From Schizochytrium sp. TIO01 (Eukaryota > Protista > Bigyra: Labyrinthulomycetes), in the NCBI GenBank assembly GCA_004764695.1, contig SMSO01000034.1, positions 1,426,001 through 1,490,000 of the forward strand: 64,000 bases of DNA. The letters are read 5' to 3'. A model generated the notes under the pieces. The model had not been told where the DNA came from. It did not search any database and saw nothing but the letters and a program-made list of their open reading frames with translations. The position numbers and the translations under genes were made by a program. Below are positions 9,931 through 22,047 of this stretch, piece after piece. Position 1 is the first letter of the stretch. Every line of letters begins with the position of its first letter.

Positions 9931-11861
9931 AAAATATCTTCAACAGTGATGATAAGTAATAAATACTCTGCAAACTTTGAGGTTATTATTGCAAAAAGAA
10001 AGACTGAAAGAAAGTAAAGTAATGAAAAGGTATAATAGGCCTAAATAAGACCAACTTTTAAAATAAGAGGTCCAGTTCCAATGTAATGAGTACTTAATTA
10101 TTGGGCTTGAGTTTTTACCTTTTCACCCAATTCAAGAAAAGCTTGACTGCTTATTACCTCTGACTAGTGAGAGTGCTGAGTCCTTCGCTTTCCAAACTCT
10201 AGAGGTACCTAAGTACCTCTTCGTGGTGACTGCTTCTTCAACTTTGAAATCGCTAGAATGCCTTACTGCACAAACTATGAACTTTACTTGTCAGGCGGAG
10301 GTTTTAGTTAATAAATTTTATTGCATTTTTTAACAAATTGACTAAAGTTCGAGTTAGCGGGCTTCTTACTGTTAATGTTAGCTAGTTGGTAGATCCGCTC
10401 TTGAAGAACTCTAGACGTACCGCTGGTCTTTTAATATCTGCACATTCACAATAATATTTGACATAAAGCAAAAGGCTGGTACATAAGTCACCCTAAATCG
10501 TGTAGTGATAAAGTGGGTGAAATTAAGGCGGGTTGCCAGCTTTGAAGCAACACAGCCATGGTTGTATTCATACCTGCAAATGTGATATTTGTACCGAGCT
10601 TATTTTCATAAATTTTCTCCGTCCCAAGTCAAATGTCGAGCAGAGAGGCCCTAGACGCTAGGTTTTCTGCAATCTCTTTACCAAGGTCTTTCAGTATATT
10701 CTGTGCTCGCGCGTTTTATTCTTTTGCATGCGAAACGCTTATAGCACCTCTTTTTATACTTAATACTTTACCCATAAGAATATTCGTTTCCAATTCAATC
10801 CTGCAAATCGAATGATATCAAAGTGTCGCCTACATATTCGCTACCCTGATCAACCCAATTATCAAAATTAAGGTCTTCATCAACCAATTTTTTTTTTCGA
10901 AAGATTAGACGAAATGCAGATGAACGAACTTCTGAATCAACACCGAAAGAGAAACTTGACATACACAGGTTTTACTTCTGCTCGTGATTAAGGAGGCTAC
11001 ACCTGCGCAAGTATACATTCTGCAAGCAACTTACTGCAGAAGGATTATGATCAATTGTTGAAAGTGGAGCCTCCACCCAGGGATAGATCCAGCCAGCAAT
11101 GATGATCAGGGTGCTTAATCACATATCTAAACACAGTTTTATAGAAAAGAATCAGAACAATTGATGTAATATCATTGTTTCCCATTAAGGCTAAGAAAGT
11201 AATTGACTATTCCTTGGGCTGGAAATTCAATTGTCTGTATCTCGAGACTCAAATCTCGTATGCACGCGAAACCACTAATGGCCAGCTGGCGAGGCCTGCG
11301 ATGGAAATTTTTTATTGATCCACTGTGAAGTGCTAAATTTTAAGCAGTATATACATTTCGATTCAATGCATCTAATTGTAGAGCTAACTATGTTTCCCCG
11401 TATTCTGTAAAGTAAAACACCGTAGATTAGGGAGGTCTAGCAAACCCACAGCAATCACACATACCAGCGCCGCGACAAAGCCACAGGCCTTTCGCGAAAA
11501 AATGCAGCGATTCTGGCTTTGGCCAATTGTACTCATCTGCACTAAACCAAACCCCTGTTCTCGACTACTCTAACACTATTGGACTCGACCAACTAATAAC
11601 CTTATTACCATCTACTAAAACTTTTTCCATAAAGTACCGCCTAATAGTAGAAAAAAATACGTAACTGTTCTGTTCCGGCTCCTATTGAACAGCACTTTGT
11701 GCTTGATAGTATGTAATACTGTTCTTTTTATATCTGTGTGAGGGACAAGAGATGTGGAGGAAGAATTAGGATGATCTTGGAGAAGAAGAAATTGTGGGCA
11801 AATCCAGATCTTCGAGCGCGATCTGACAGAGGCAAGGACAGCTTGGAGGGGGATAAAGGGT

Positions 11862-12644
11862 ATGCTTGGCGCGGCAAAAGGCTTGAGACCGGCAGTTGCA
11901 GGTTTGCAGAGACTCCCAGGCTGCTGGGTAGGGTTGACACGCACGATGGCTTCCAAGAGTGATCAAGATGCGGCCGCAGATGCGTCCGCGCACAAGCTGT
12001 ATGAAATGAGACTTTCGTACAGCAATGAAGGGGTGAGCGATGAGATGCTGAAGCAAAAGCCGATGGATGTTTTTGAGGCGTGGATGCAAGATGCTCGTAA
12101 ATCTGGCAACATTGAACCCAATGCTATGAGCGTCAGCACCTGCGTGAACAACCGGCCTTCGTCTCGAATCGTTTTGCTCAAGCTTTATGACGAGCGCGGG
12201 TTTGTGTGGTTCACAAATTATGAATCCCGCAAAGGAGAGCAGCTCGAGGCTAATCCTTATGGCTCAATCCTGTTTTTCTGGCAAGAACTTCAGCGCTCAG
12301 TGCGCATCGAAGGCCGTGTAGAGAAAGTAGAGGCAGAGCTCTCTGATGAGTACTTTGCTGAGCGCCCCCGAGGATCTCAGATCGGAGCTTTGGCCAGCGA
12401 CCAGAGTAGGCCCATCGAAAGTCGCGAGGCTTTGGAGGCCAAGGAAGCCAAGCTGGTGGAACACTACTCCAACGACGAGAACAAAGACCAGCCCATCAAG
12501 CGTCCAGAACACTGGGGAGGCTATCGCCTAGTGCCAGACTACATTGAATTCTGGAAGGGCCGCCCCTCGCGCCTTCACGACCGCATTGCATTCACGAAGG
12601 ACGAAGGTGTGGACTCATGGTCTGCGAAGCGTCTTCAGCCTTAA
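11862..12644 (+). CDS. PNPO: Pyridoxine/pyridoxamine 5'-phosphate oxidase with mitochondrial-type presequence
   Basis: EPNAMSVST, RPSSRIVLLK, FTNYESRKG, RSVRIEG, YFAERPRGSQIGA, EFWKGRPSRLHDR, W..KRLQP; Arg-rich N-terminus. Confidence 0.95.
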   Translation: MLGAAKGLRPAVAGLQRLPGCWVGLTRTMASKSDQDAAADASAHKLYEMRLSYSNEGVSDEMLKQKPMDVFEAWMQDARKSGNIEPNAMSVSTCVNNRPSSRIVLLKLYDERGFVWFTNYESRKGEQLEANPYGSILFFWQELQRSVRIEGRVEKVEAELSDEYFAERPRGSQIGALASDQSRPIESREALEAKEAKLVEHYSNDENKDQPIKRPEHWGGYRLVPDYIEFWKGRPSRLHDRIAFTKDEGVDSWSAKRLQP

Positions 12645-13121
12645 CACGCAGACTACGAATTGTTTAGCTTTCATTTAGAAATCCAGTTATATATCTCTTA
12701 CACATTAGAAGCAGTAATTTCTTCACTGATGTTTTCTTATTAACGGAGGCACAATATCATATCGTTACGGTACTTCCTTCCTCTAATTTAATTTAATTGA
12801 GATATATCATTGTCTTGCTATGCCTATGTTTTCAATCAAAACATTGTTCATCGCAATCACAGCAAAGTTTGAAATTTTGTAATTTCAACGATCTGGTCAG
12901 AATTGAAATGTTGGAGAACAGGCGTTAGACATGCAGACATATCAGACGGAGTACAAATGGTTAATCATCTTAGCTGGGAAAGTCACCGGACAGGATTTGC
13001 TAATCAAATCATCACTTGGAGAATTATGCTACACAATCCAGTCTAAAGTGCTTTCATGGCCCTGGAAAAGAAAAGATGAGATAAAACAGGCAAAACAGCA
13101 GGCATTGAAACGAACCAATAT

Positions 13122-14030
13122 CTAGCTTTCGTGTGGACGCGCCTGTTGCTGGTATCGAATGTAGGTCTGGCGCGTCTGCTGCCTGTCATCTAGCCGAAGA
13201 GCTTGGGTTCCAATCTTCACGGCCACATAAACAGAGCCAGCAGCAGCACTATATAGACCTGCTAGGTAACTTGCAACAACAGATGTTGCAGCGATTGATG
13301 CCAACATAAAAAAGAAGAATGCAAAGAGAAAGTTGGGCTCATACGTAGAAATTACGCCCCACAAGTAGTAGTAAAATCCAATTAGGGCACCGATAAGACC
13401 AATAGTGAAGTTAAGAAGCATGTTCAGAAGTACGCGTAGACCAAACTCAATGAGCGATTCATCGCGGCCCATGGATCCAATTGACATGAAGATGAAATCG
13501 TACCACGACGAGCGCTGCGCGAACTCACGGCCGCCAGCAAATTGCGACCAGAAGAGGTCTCGAACTTCTTGAACACCATACTCACTAAAGATTCCCACGG
13601 TTTGCTTTGCCTCGGAGGTAATTGCGGCAAACTCAGTCTCAATTGCAACAAGGTTGGCCTGAGCAGCAGTGAGCTTGGCATAGTTTTCGTGGCAGAGGTC
13701 ATCGCATGAAAACCAGCCCTTGCTGTTGTAGTACTCTCTTTGCCAGTAACCAACACCCTTCTCTGCCTCCTGAAGCCGCGTGTAGTCAATTCTAGAAAGG
13801 ATTGAGGAGAACTTCGCATTATCTTCGTGAGTGACCGCAAAACCAGTTGCGAATAAACACAAAAGTACACCAAAGGCCCAGGTTCCGATTAATCGTGGGT
13901 GACGCTTGCCAAATGCGGTGGCCGCAGAAATCATGACTGTCGAAACATCCGGGAGCTGTGGAAGCTGCTCGGCGCGAGCAGTGACGGAGGCACTAGGCCT
14001 TGCACCGTTCCAAGGGCCATTTTGATTCAT
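13122..14030 (-). CDS. Uncharacterised multi-pass membrane protein
   Basis: 302-aa ORF with coding-like composition; one N-terminal and 2-3 C-terminal hydrophobic helices; KGWFSCDDLC motif. Confidence 0.75.
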   Translation of the reverse strand: MNQNGPWNGARPSASVTARAEQLPQLPDVSTVMISAATAFGKRHPRLIGTWAFGVLLCLFATGFAVTHEDNAKFSSILSRIDYTRLQEAEKGVGYWQREYYNSKGWFSCDDLCHENYAKLTAAQANLVAIETEFAAITSEAKQTVGIFSEYGVQEVRDLFWSQFAGGREFAQRSSWYDFIFMSIGSMGRDESLIEFGLRVLLNMLLNFTIGLIGALIGFYYYLWGVISTYEPNFLFAFFFFMLASIAATSVVASYLAGLYSAAAGSVYVAVKIGTQALRLDDRQQTRQTYIRYQQQARPHES

Positions 14031-15367
14031 GATGATGCTTTAGAACTCGAGAAAACCGCTCAGTCTCGTGTAAAATGCCAAGCTAAACGTTCTTAATCGC
14101 CAGGCGAGGACCAACCAGCACGAGGTAGGTCTTGAGAAATTCTAGTTTGTCTCTGGAACACTCTCTGCGGATAGCGCTTCTTGACCTGATGACTTGGCTT
14201 TAAGCAAACCTCTTAGTAGGTAGTAGGTACCTACTTACCTAGTAGAAAAACAGTGTCTAATTATTCAAGGTACTATTATCAAAAGAAGCCAATTCCAACT
14301 TTGGCGAAAGCGTAACAAGCTTTTACAGATATGAGAGGGCACTAAAATTCCTGCTCGTTTATTAAATTTGCTTTGTCTGCTGAAGAGGAATCGCCAAAAG
14401 ATTCTGGTGCAGCACCGTTGATTAATAAAATTGTTTAGTGAGCTGGAATTAATGTTTCCACCCTGGAAGAACGTCTTAGACAGGTAGTCTGGAACATAAG
14501 AGCACTTTGATGCTCCTTTAATGAGGTCAGCTATAGTATTCTTCAAGCCAACTCATGATGTACTCAAGGTATGAGGTTAAAAACCAGCGAAACTTGCAGA
14601 GCCTACTATGTATCAACAAAGCATAGAATTGGAGAGGCTTTTAATGAAGAAATGAAAGAAAATGCATCCGACGAAGATGACTTATTTTTAGAGTGGCAGA
14701 CTACTACCATACAGTGGACATTGTATGTAAGATGTGAATAATGGCGTTTCATTTCGAGATCGCTCTTAAGTTTCTAGAATATGGTTCTAGATGTTGTGCT
14801 TTGGTCTTCTTGTCATGAATTCTTTTATTGCCCAAATGCCCAAATCTATTTTTAATCCGATTCTGAGGATCTATGAAATTCTCTGCTTCAAAATGTGTTT
14901 CGTCACATAAGCTTTAAAAAAAGAAAAAGATGTTTCATTTGATTGTGCAGAGAACCGAGTTTCCTCAAGCCCTGTACATTTTTGAAGATTCGCACAGCGT
15001 TTCGGATAGACAATATTATCACAAAAATCTCTTTAAAAGAATAAAATACGTTCTCAAAGTCACCATCAATAGTACAACTACCTAGTAGGTGATAACACCC
15101 CTCATTTAGTACCGTCTAAAACTCTATTTTAAGACACTCTTTCAAGACACTTGCAGGAAACTCGAGACCACACCCACTCAGACCAAGCAAGCAAGTTGCT
15201 AGCTACGAAGCAAGCTTGCAAGCAAAGCAAATCTCAAGACGGTCAGTTCGTTCTAGTCCGTGCTTGCAGCTGTACCTCTCCACCATCCTCTACTAAACTT
15301 CCGGCGATTCCTTCGCCAGTGCCCGCCTCGTTTCCACATAGCCTCCAACCACAAAGCTCGAAGCATC

Positions 15368-15904
15368 ATGTTGGCCGCCTCTAGAAGGGCAATTCCATGC
15401 CGAGCTATGCCAGTACTCGCGAGGAAGGCTAGTCGAATTGGCTCAAACGTGAAATTGTTTAGCTCTGTAGGCGAGCCCACGACAAGACCTCGGGTGTGGA
15501 CTCGCAACGAGGGACGCGCGTACAGAGCTGGAGAGTTCTTGTGCGGCGTGGGCCTCGGTTTGGTGACGGCCGGGTGCACCAACTTCGTGCTGGACTATCC
15601 CGAGCCCGTGCGTATGATGTGGGCGCACACCAAGCAGAACGAGCTGGCGTTCAAGGTGTTTGGAAAGTCTCTGGAGCGTGGTCTTTTGTGGGATGGTGCA
15701 ATTACGGAATGGCAGGCAAGCATTACGATTCCGGTATATGGCGAGGACGGCGAGGGCACCGTGTATGGGCGGTTCTTGAGGCGCGACGACGGGCAGTGGG
15801 AGCCCATTTTGGTGGCGGCTAACAAAAACGGACATCAATACGCTCTCTTCGAAAAGCAGGGCCCGTTGCGATCCAAGGCAGACAATGATAGCAATGCACA
15901 GTAG
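15368..15904 (+). CDS. Coa1/Tim21-like mitochondrial inner-membrane complex IV assembly protein
   Basis: Arg-rich presequence MLAASRRAIPCR, single TM, then ASITIPVYGEDGEGTVYGRFLRRDDGQW resembling the Coa1 domain (ipV.GpkgkGt.y....r..g.W). The ORF track opens at 15260; first ATG is 15368. Confidence 0.65.
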   Translation: MLAASRRAIPCRAMPVLARKASRIGSNVKLFSSVGEPTTRPRVWTRNEGRAYRAGEFLCGVGLGLVTAGCTNFVLDYPEPVRMMWAHTKQNELAFKVFGKSLERGLLWDGAITEWQASITIPVYGEDGEGTVYGRFLRRDDGQWEPILVAANKNGHQYALFEKQGPLRSKADNDSNAQ

Positions 15905-16367
15905 ACCATCAGTCAGTGGAAGGGCATGAGTGAATGTTCAAATGACAACTTGCAGCACAATCCAAGTCTGTGACCGAAAATATAGTGATAGAGGCACGTT
16001 CTGGGTCTGATTTAATAGATCACGACAACCGCAATGTTGGAGGGTTGTGATTTTGCTCTCACTGGCACCTACAAACAGATATCTTTTGTATATCTTGGGT
16101 AGCCAACCCATGTAGCAGCACAATATTATTGACAAGGTGAATGAATGCATATTAAGAGGGAACCGCCAAGCTTGCGGGTCTTTTCAAAAAGAAGAGAAGT
16201 AAAGGCGTTTACGGGTATAGAATAAATGGCGAAATACAGTCCTTTTAAAAGCAGAGAAACAAAACATAGACAAAAACAAGAAGAGCAGGCATTGTAAAGC
16301 AGACAATCCAGGAAAACCAAACTTAATCAATATAGGAAAGCAAAAAAATATAGAGTCAATCAGCTTA

Positions 16368-17075
16368 TCAACTTCCTTCCTCTTGGGCATCAGGTTGTGC
16401 GGGTGGTAGCGCATCTTGCGCGTTTGTGAGGGCTACCTGGGTCTTCTTCAAGGCATCGTTCGACTTGAGAAGGCGATCCTTGAGCACCTCAACGTCAGAT
16501 TTGGACTGGCGCAAGGATTTGCTGGCTTTGTACAAACTCGATTTAGCCATAGTGAGCTGTTGCGTGAGGTTGAATACTTTGTTCTGCAAAAGCTCCACAG
16601 AGCGTTCGAGCTTGACGCGGTCCCGCAAGTTCTTGTCTAGCAGAGCGTGGTACTCGCGATTGTTGATAACACTGTCCATTAGGTATCGCATCGTCACGTT
16701 GAACTGCTTCTCCATAAGCTTTGAGGATTCCGTACAGTTCCTGACGACTTGCGAGAGACCCTCCTTGTTGAAAAGAACCTCGTAGCGAAGTCCACGCAAG
16801 GTCTGCCCCTGAGAAAGAAGTTCTGCAGCCAGCACCGAAGACTTATCCCTTAACTTGCCAACCCGCATTCTCTCATTGCGAGTCTGTTCGAGAAGAGTTT
16901 CCTTTTCCACACCAACCTCAACGAGCTGAGAGCGCGCTTGATACAGTTCTTCTTTCACGGCTAAGAGCTGATCATGTAGGCCTTTGGAGAGCTGCACGAG
17001 CGTTAAGCAGAAAGATGCCGTAATGAAGAGCAGTGCCACAAACCACACCACGCTCACAGCCCTTGGTGCCGCCAT
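16368..17075 (-). CDS. Type II membrane-anchored coiled-coil protein
   Basis: N-terminal hydrophobic anchor (VSVVWFVALLFITASFCLTLV) followed by a long heptad-rich region. Confidence 0.7.
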   Translation of the reverse strand: MAAPRAVSVVWFVALLFITASFCLTLVQLSKGLHDQLLAVKEELYQARSQLVEVGVEKETLLEQTRNERMRVGKLRDKSSVLAAELLSQGQTLRGLRYEVLFNKEGLSQVVRNCTESSKLMEKQFNVTMRYLMDSVINNREYHALLDKNLRDRVKLERSVELLQNKVFNLTQQLTMAKSSLYKASKSLRQSKSDVEVLKDRLLKSNDALKKTQVALTNAQDALPPAQPDAQEEGS

Positions 17076-19083
17076 TGTGCTGGCACTTCTGTGCTGTCTG
17101 AATGTGCGAGAAAAACGGACCCCGTTGCTCAGGGGTTAGGGCAAACGACGAGGTTTGAGATGAAGACGATCGCGCCCAAGCGAACGAAGCCGACTGGACT
17201 CCAACCTGAGCCAGATCAAGCGAGCGAGTGAAGAGAGCACTCAAGCGAGAGACAGAAAACACCAGCAAGACGCTCACGACACTTGTGAGCCGTGAGTGCG
17301 CAAGAGCAAGCAAGCGTGATCTCTCGCGTGCGTCCAACGAGAGGCCTGCCAAGGCCGCAAGGGGTCTGTTTGGCTGTCTTTCTATTGCGCATAATTGTCA
17401 TGATTAGTAAACTTTTAAAACACTAAACGGCGTTAACTATTTAATTAGCATAAAAGGAAAGTTTAGAAACATTTTCTTTTTGAAAAGACCAAGAAAGGAA
17501 AACATAGTTTTTAAGGTATTCGTATAGAACCCCTAGCTTGCTTAATTGATAATTATTTATTTTAGTGCTAAAATTGTTGTCTTGGTATTTATACCATTGA
17601 TGAAAACGATTGTTTTTTTTTTAATTCAAGAAAAATAAAATTGGAAAATCATCGGGGAGCCGACTGGCTAACCACTAGGAGTTATATAATGTATGGTAAA
17701 AGGATATATCGTGCACGGTATGGAATGCAAGTGGACTTGGAACAGCACGAGTCGGAGGTGACCTAAGGGTAAATGGTGTGTACCAGGTTTAGTATCCTCG
17801 CGTGCATTTTAGGTGATGGAGTAGAGACGATAATAGGATGGATAGGTTTACGATTATAGATATGGTGCTTTAGGAGAGAATGGGTGTAGAATGCTATCCT
17901 GGGAAAGGGGACGGTAGGAACAGGCTTTGATATTTTGGTGTAATTAGGTCTGGCAGGAGCAGAGGTGGAGAATGTATCATTTGGATTAAGAGGAGTGTAT
18001 TAATGTATAGCATCCTTGCTTGGGCCACGTAGAGTTGAAATATAGGTGTTGACATAAACTTAAGGTCACCACACGACATTGTAGAATGATCACGCCCGTG
18101 TTTTCTTCAACGAACAGTACTAATCCTTTTTGGAGGTCCGATGAATCATGCCCCCCCCCACCATTCAGTTGCAAACTTGTTAGCTTGTACGTTCGCAATC
18201 TAGCTAGTTCAGATTTAGCTGGAACGTGCTCGCCATTAACGACGATCGTCGCACTTAGAATTGTATAGTCAATGAGTTTTCTAAAACGATGGCCATGCTT
18301 AGATTGATATTCTCGAGGACTAAGACAAGAATTAACGCAGATGAATGGAGCAGGGATAAATCTCGCTCTATCATGCTGTAGCAGTCTGACGCTTCACCTA
18401 AATTAGTAGCTCCTTGATTGAGGTTCAGATTGTCCAGTCGATCCTAAAGATGTGAGTTAGTTTCACTATGATGTCCCATATTCTTTGAAAAAATAGAAAG
18501 ACAAGACAAATCCAGAAACAGAATAATTGGGGTATCAACCCTATCCTCCGATCGTCAAACGAAACCCAAGCGCTTGAATATGTGAAGTGCGCTTATTTCC
18601 ATAAGAAAAGAAGAAGATGATGACGAGGATGTCAATGACAATGACCATGATATTTGACAACTACCGTGGGATTACTACTTCTTTTTAATTTAATAAACAG
18701 AAAAGAAAGTGGGAAAAAAAGAAAGTATAGGTACCATGGCACATCTCGATCAAAAATCTAAAGGAACTCTGTCTTGACGCCAACAATTCTATACTCGCGG
18801 ATTGTAGATCATATTAGTTTGTGTTTCGGCAAGCCCAAGCTCAACAAGTTGCTCACGTTACAGAACCATATAACAATCACCTAAAGGGATTGATCCAACC
18901 TAGGTATCCACTAGGAGCTATATAGCTGTTATTAGTAGTCTTGAAGGCGATTAAAGAATGGAGAACACCTCTTTGCAAAGCTTCAACGCACCCCAAGTTT
19001 AAATCATTTGTCGTGCGTAAAGCTATCTTCTCCAAGCCTTGACTTTATTATATTTCAAGCAAACCCGTAACAATCGCCAGGTG

Positions 19084-19809
19084 ATGCGAGCTAAGATGCA
19101 GGACGGTACGCTCCTGGCGTGGAGTGAGAGGATTCACTCGAGCATCGCGAAGTCCCGCAAAGTATTTGGCGGCAACTTTGTCCAACTAGCCACGGTCAAC
19201 TCTGCAGGAGCTCCTTCATGTCGCACAATTGTTTTCCGTGGTTTCTTTAAAGGACAGAATGAGCGAAATGCAATGCGTTTCATTACGAATGCGCACGCGG
19301 AGAAAGTCCATCAAGCAAAGTCAAACAACAAAGGGGAGCTAGTTTGGTGGTTTTCTGAATCCAGGGAGCAATATCGCATTTCGGGCGAGCTTGAAACCGT
19401 TGGACCCGAAGCCGTGGATGATAAGCTCTGTGATCTTAGGAGACGCCAGTGGCGCGAGCTGTCGGACAAGGCACGGGAGCAATTCTTTTGGCCCAAACCA
19501 CGAACTCCTTTGCCAGAATCTGTAGAAAACTTCGAGGAGCTCGCTCCTGAACCAGGTATCCCCATAGGTGGTCGCGAGGCTGATGGCGAAGGTGAAATTC
19601 TACCCCCACCTGATACTTTTGTTGTACTTCTGCTCTGGCCGACATATGTCAAGTATCTAGATCTTAAACTCAACTATGCTCAAGAAGACGAACTTGTATC
19701 AAACAAATCAGAAGATGAAATCAAAGCAAAACGAACCCCAGGCACATCGTCACGGCTGGTTTCCGAGGGGGAGAACTGTTCTTGGCAAATGACTCGTGTG
19801 AGTCCATAA
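19084..19809 (+). CDS. PNPOx-like FMN-binding split-barrel protein (Alr4036/Pyridox_oxase_2 type)
   Basis: FVQLATV, PSCRTIVFRGF, ELVWWFSESREQYRISG, QWRELSDKAREQFFWPKP, F.VLLL.P..VKYLDL. Start at ATG 19084 or 19096. Confidence 0.85.
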   Translation: MRAKMQDGTLLAWSERIHSSIAKSRKVFGGNFVQLATVNSAGAPSCRTIVFRGFFKGQNERNAMRFITNAHAEKVHQAKSNNKGELVWWFSESREQYRISGELETVGPEAVDDKLCDLRRRQWRELSDKAREQFFWPKPRTPLPESVENFEELAPEPGIPIGGREADGEGEILPPPDTFVVLLLWPTYVKYLDLKLNYAQEDELVSNKSEDEIKAKRTPGTSSRLVSEGENCSWQMTRVSP

Positions 19810-20174
19810 TATCAGTGATAGGCTTAATCCATTGATAGTCACATTCATGTGACTGAGTTCAGTTGCTCTATCTGTTTTTATTTTTTCAGGCATTTCAACT
19901 ATTGATCAGTCCAAACCATAAATCTTGGATGAGCGACCTTGGCGTGAAGTTACGTTACATTTTTAACGAGAGTGGTTTCTGGTATAAAAAGATTAGGACA
20001 TAGCTTAACTAGAGCTCACGCTCTTTGCAATTAAATATCAAGCAATTATGAAATTAGTCGACACAGAAAAGAAAAAAATGCGCCAGATGCCCTTCAAAAA
20101 AAAGTCAGAGAATCATTATCAGCCCTGTATTAAAAGTATTTTGTACACGGGGATATACATAATCTAGCATAAAA

Positions 20175-21185
20175 TTATCTTCCCTCAACCACTTCTATGA
20201 ATGTTGCGACATGTTTGCTCAACATGAGTGCCATCTGGAGGTCAGCTTCAGTAAAATGCCCTTCATGTTCTTCAGGATTCTTGTTAATTATCTGAATGGC
20301 GCCAATAACCTTCTCTTCTGAAGTTTTGATGGGCATAACAATACAGGACCGAGTTCGGAAGCCTGTCTTTTTATCCACATCAGGATTAAATCGTTCATCT
20401 TGGTATGCATCAGCAACTTCAACAGGTTCGCCGTGCTGCACAGCCCACCCAACTAAACCCTGGTTACCTCGTACGCGAATCTCATCCTTTTCACCCGTTG
20501 CCACCTTGCTCCAAAGCTCGCCTGTTTCTCCATCTACAAGCCAGAGGGTCGCGCGCTCTGCATGAACAAGTTTGTGGCCATCATTCATAACGCTCTGAAA
20601 GATACTTGTCAGCTCATTGGCCCTTTTCATACGCTCTGCAGCTGTGGTATCCTTGAAAAGCAAAATAGACATGCCAAGTAAGCACCCGGTGAGCACGCCA
20701 AGGCAGCTACCGAGGGTCCTCGCCATACGGCACGGTTTCATGTCAAGTTGCATCTCACTCAAGTGATGCCGTGGAAGATCAAGCTTAGCCACAGCAGCGT
20801 CAACAATGTTACTAAAGAAAACACCCGAGAAGTCGCTGACGCATTGACCACATGCTGCTGCTGTGAGAGATGATAGGCCAAACGTAACACCAAGCGAAAG
20901 ATCGATCATCTCCCCGACATTAAGCATGATAACGTTATCTGCAAAGCCAAAAGCCACCATTGGCACAGATGCGTGAAAGGCAACCAGCATCAATTGTCTC
21001 TGCGTTGGTGTTCCCATTGCTGATTCTGAAGCTTCTGAAGATAGCATGCGTCTTACTCCTGAAGTACTCTTACGACACACTGCATCGTTCGACTTCCAAA
21101 GACCTGGAAGTCGCCTCGAAGCAGAGAGTCGCAACGAAGTTTGCTTCGTAAGCACAGCGGTCCTTGGGCGTAGACCCAAAATCAT
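20175..21185 (-). CDS. TMEM65: TMEM65-family mitochondrial membrane protein fused to a C-terminal GAF domain
   Basis: ASVPMVAFGFADNVIMLNVGEMIDLSLG...LTAAACGQCVSD...GVLTGCLLGM is TMEM65-like. AERATLWLVD...GLVGW...DAYQDERFNPDVDKKTGFRTRS...INK...FTEAD is GAF. Arg-rich presequence from ATG 21185. Confidence 0.85.
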   Translation of the reverse strand: MILGLRPRTAVLTKQTSLRLSASRRLPGLWKSNDAVCRKSTSGVRRMLSSEASESAMGTPTQRQLMLVAFHASVPMVAFGFADNVIMLNVGEMIDLSLGVTFGLSSLTAAACGQCVSDFSGVFFSNIVDAAVAKLDLPRHHLSEMQLDMKPCRMARTLGSCLGVLTGCLLGMSILLFKDTTAAERMKRANELTSIFQSVMNDGHKLVHAERATLWLVDGETGELWSKVATGEKDEIRVRGNQGLVGWAVQHGEPVEVADAYQDERFNPDVDKKTGFRTRSCIVMPIKTSEEKVIGAIQIINKNPEEHEGHFTEADLQMALMLSKHVATFIEVVEGR

Positions 21186-22047
21186 CTTCCGAACAGTATT
21201 TGCAGGTATCAACACTCCTGGTCTCGCGTTGTCTCGCCGAAGGATGTCTTGAAGCAATGCCTGGAGCTCCTTGATGTGCTTTCGTAACTGTTTGTATTTC
21301 CCTCGTTGCTGACTATTATTTTCTTTAAAGTGCCCTGGGTGGTAGGATACTATAGCATGAACAATAGTACCGAAAGAATCATCCTATATTGGAAGAAGTA
21401 AGAGATTCCGTTGAGGCAACAAAAGAAATGGATCCAAATGGATACTGCTTTTGTTGTGTCTTGTGTGAGGATGTTGTGTTACCTGCTGAAAGCTATCTCA
21501 TCCTTCTCAGGTTTGCAGTAAAATTGAAGAAAAAAGCTGCTAGTAAAGCAATCGACGGCGAGCTGCTACGGTTTCCTAAATTGTGATTAGATTTTGCAAG
21601 TTTTAGAAAAAGAAGAAAGAAGAAGGATGTTCATTAGGCTAGTCTTTGACTAAACTGACAAGACAATTTTGAAGTCCACAGGAGTAGAATGATCAAGAAA
21701 CTGTGCGTTGGTTTGTCTCAACCATGGTGCTGATGTGACTATGGTTTCGGAAAGTAAATATGAGTATCGGAGAATAATGAAGAGATGACTACCACTTAGT
21801 TTCATTGCGAGAGAAATGAGCATGACTTAGTCATTGTTTCTTTGGTTTGTTTATAACTCTGTCTGCTCATCCACTTTCATTGCAAATTTGGAGGTCAAAC
21901 AACTTGAAGGCGCACGCTTTCTGAAATAACAGAAGGAGAAGGTAGGTAGGTAGGTGGTAGTGTTATATGTCAAATGATGTAATTCTAAATGAGTGAAGGT
22001 ATTACTTTCGATGTACAATACAATAAGACACTTTTCTTAGGAGAATG

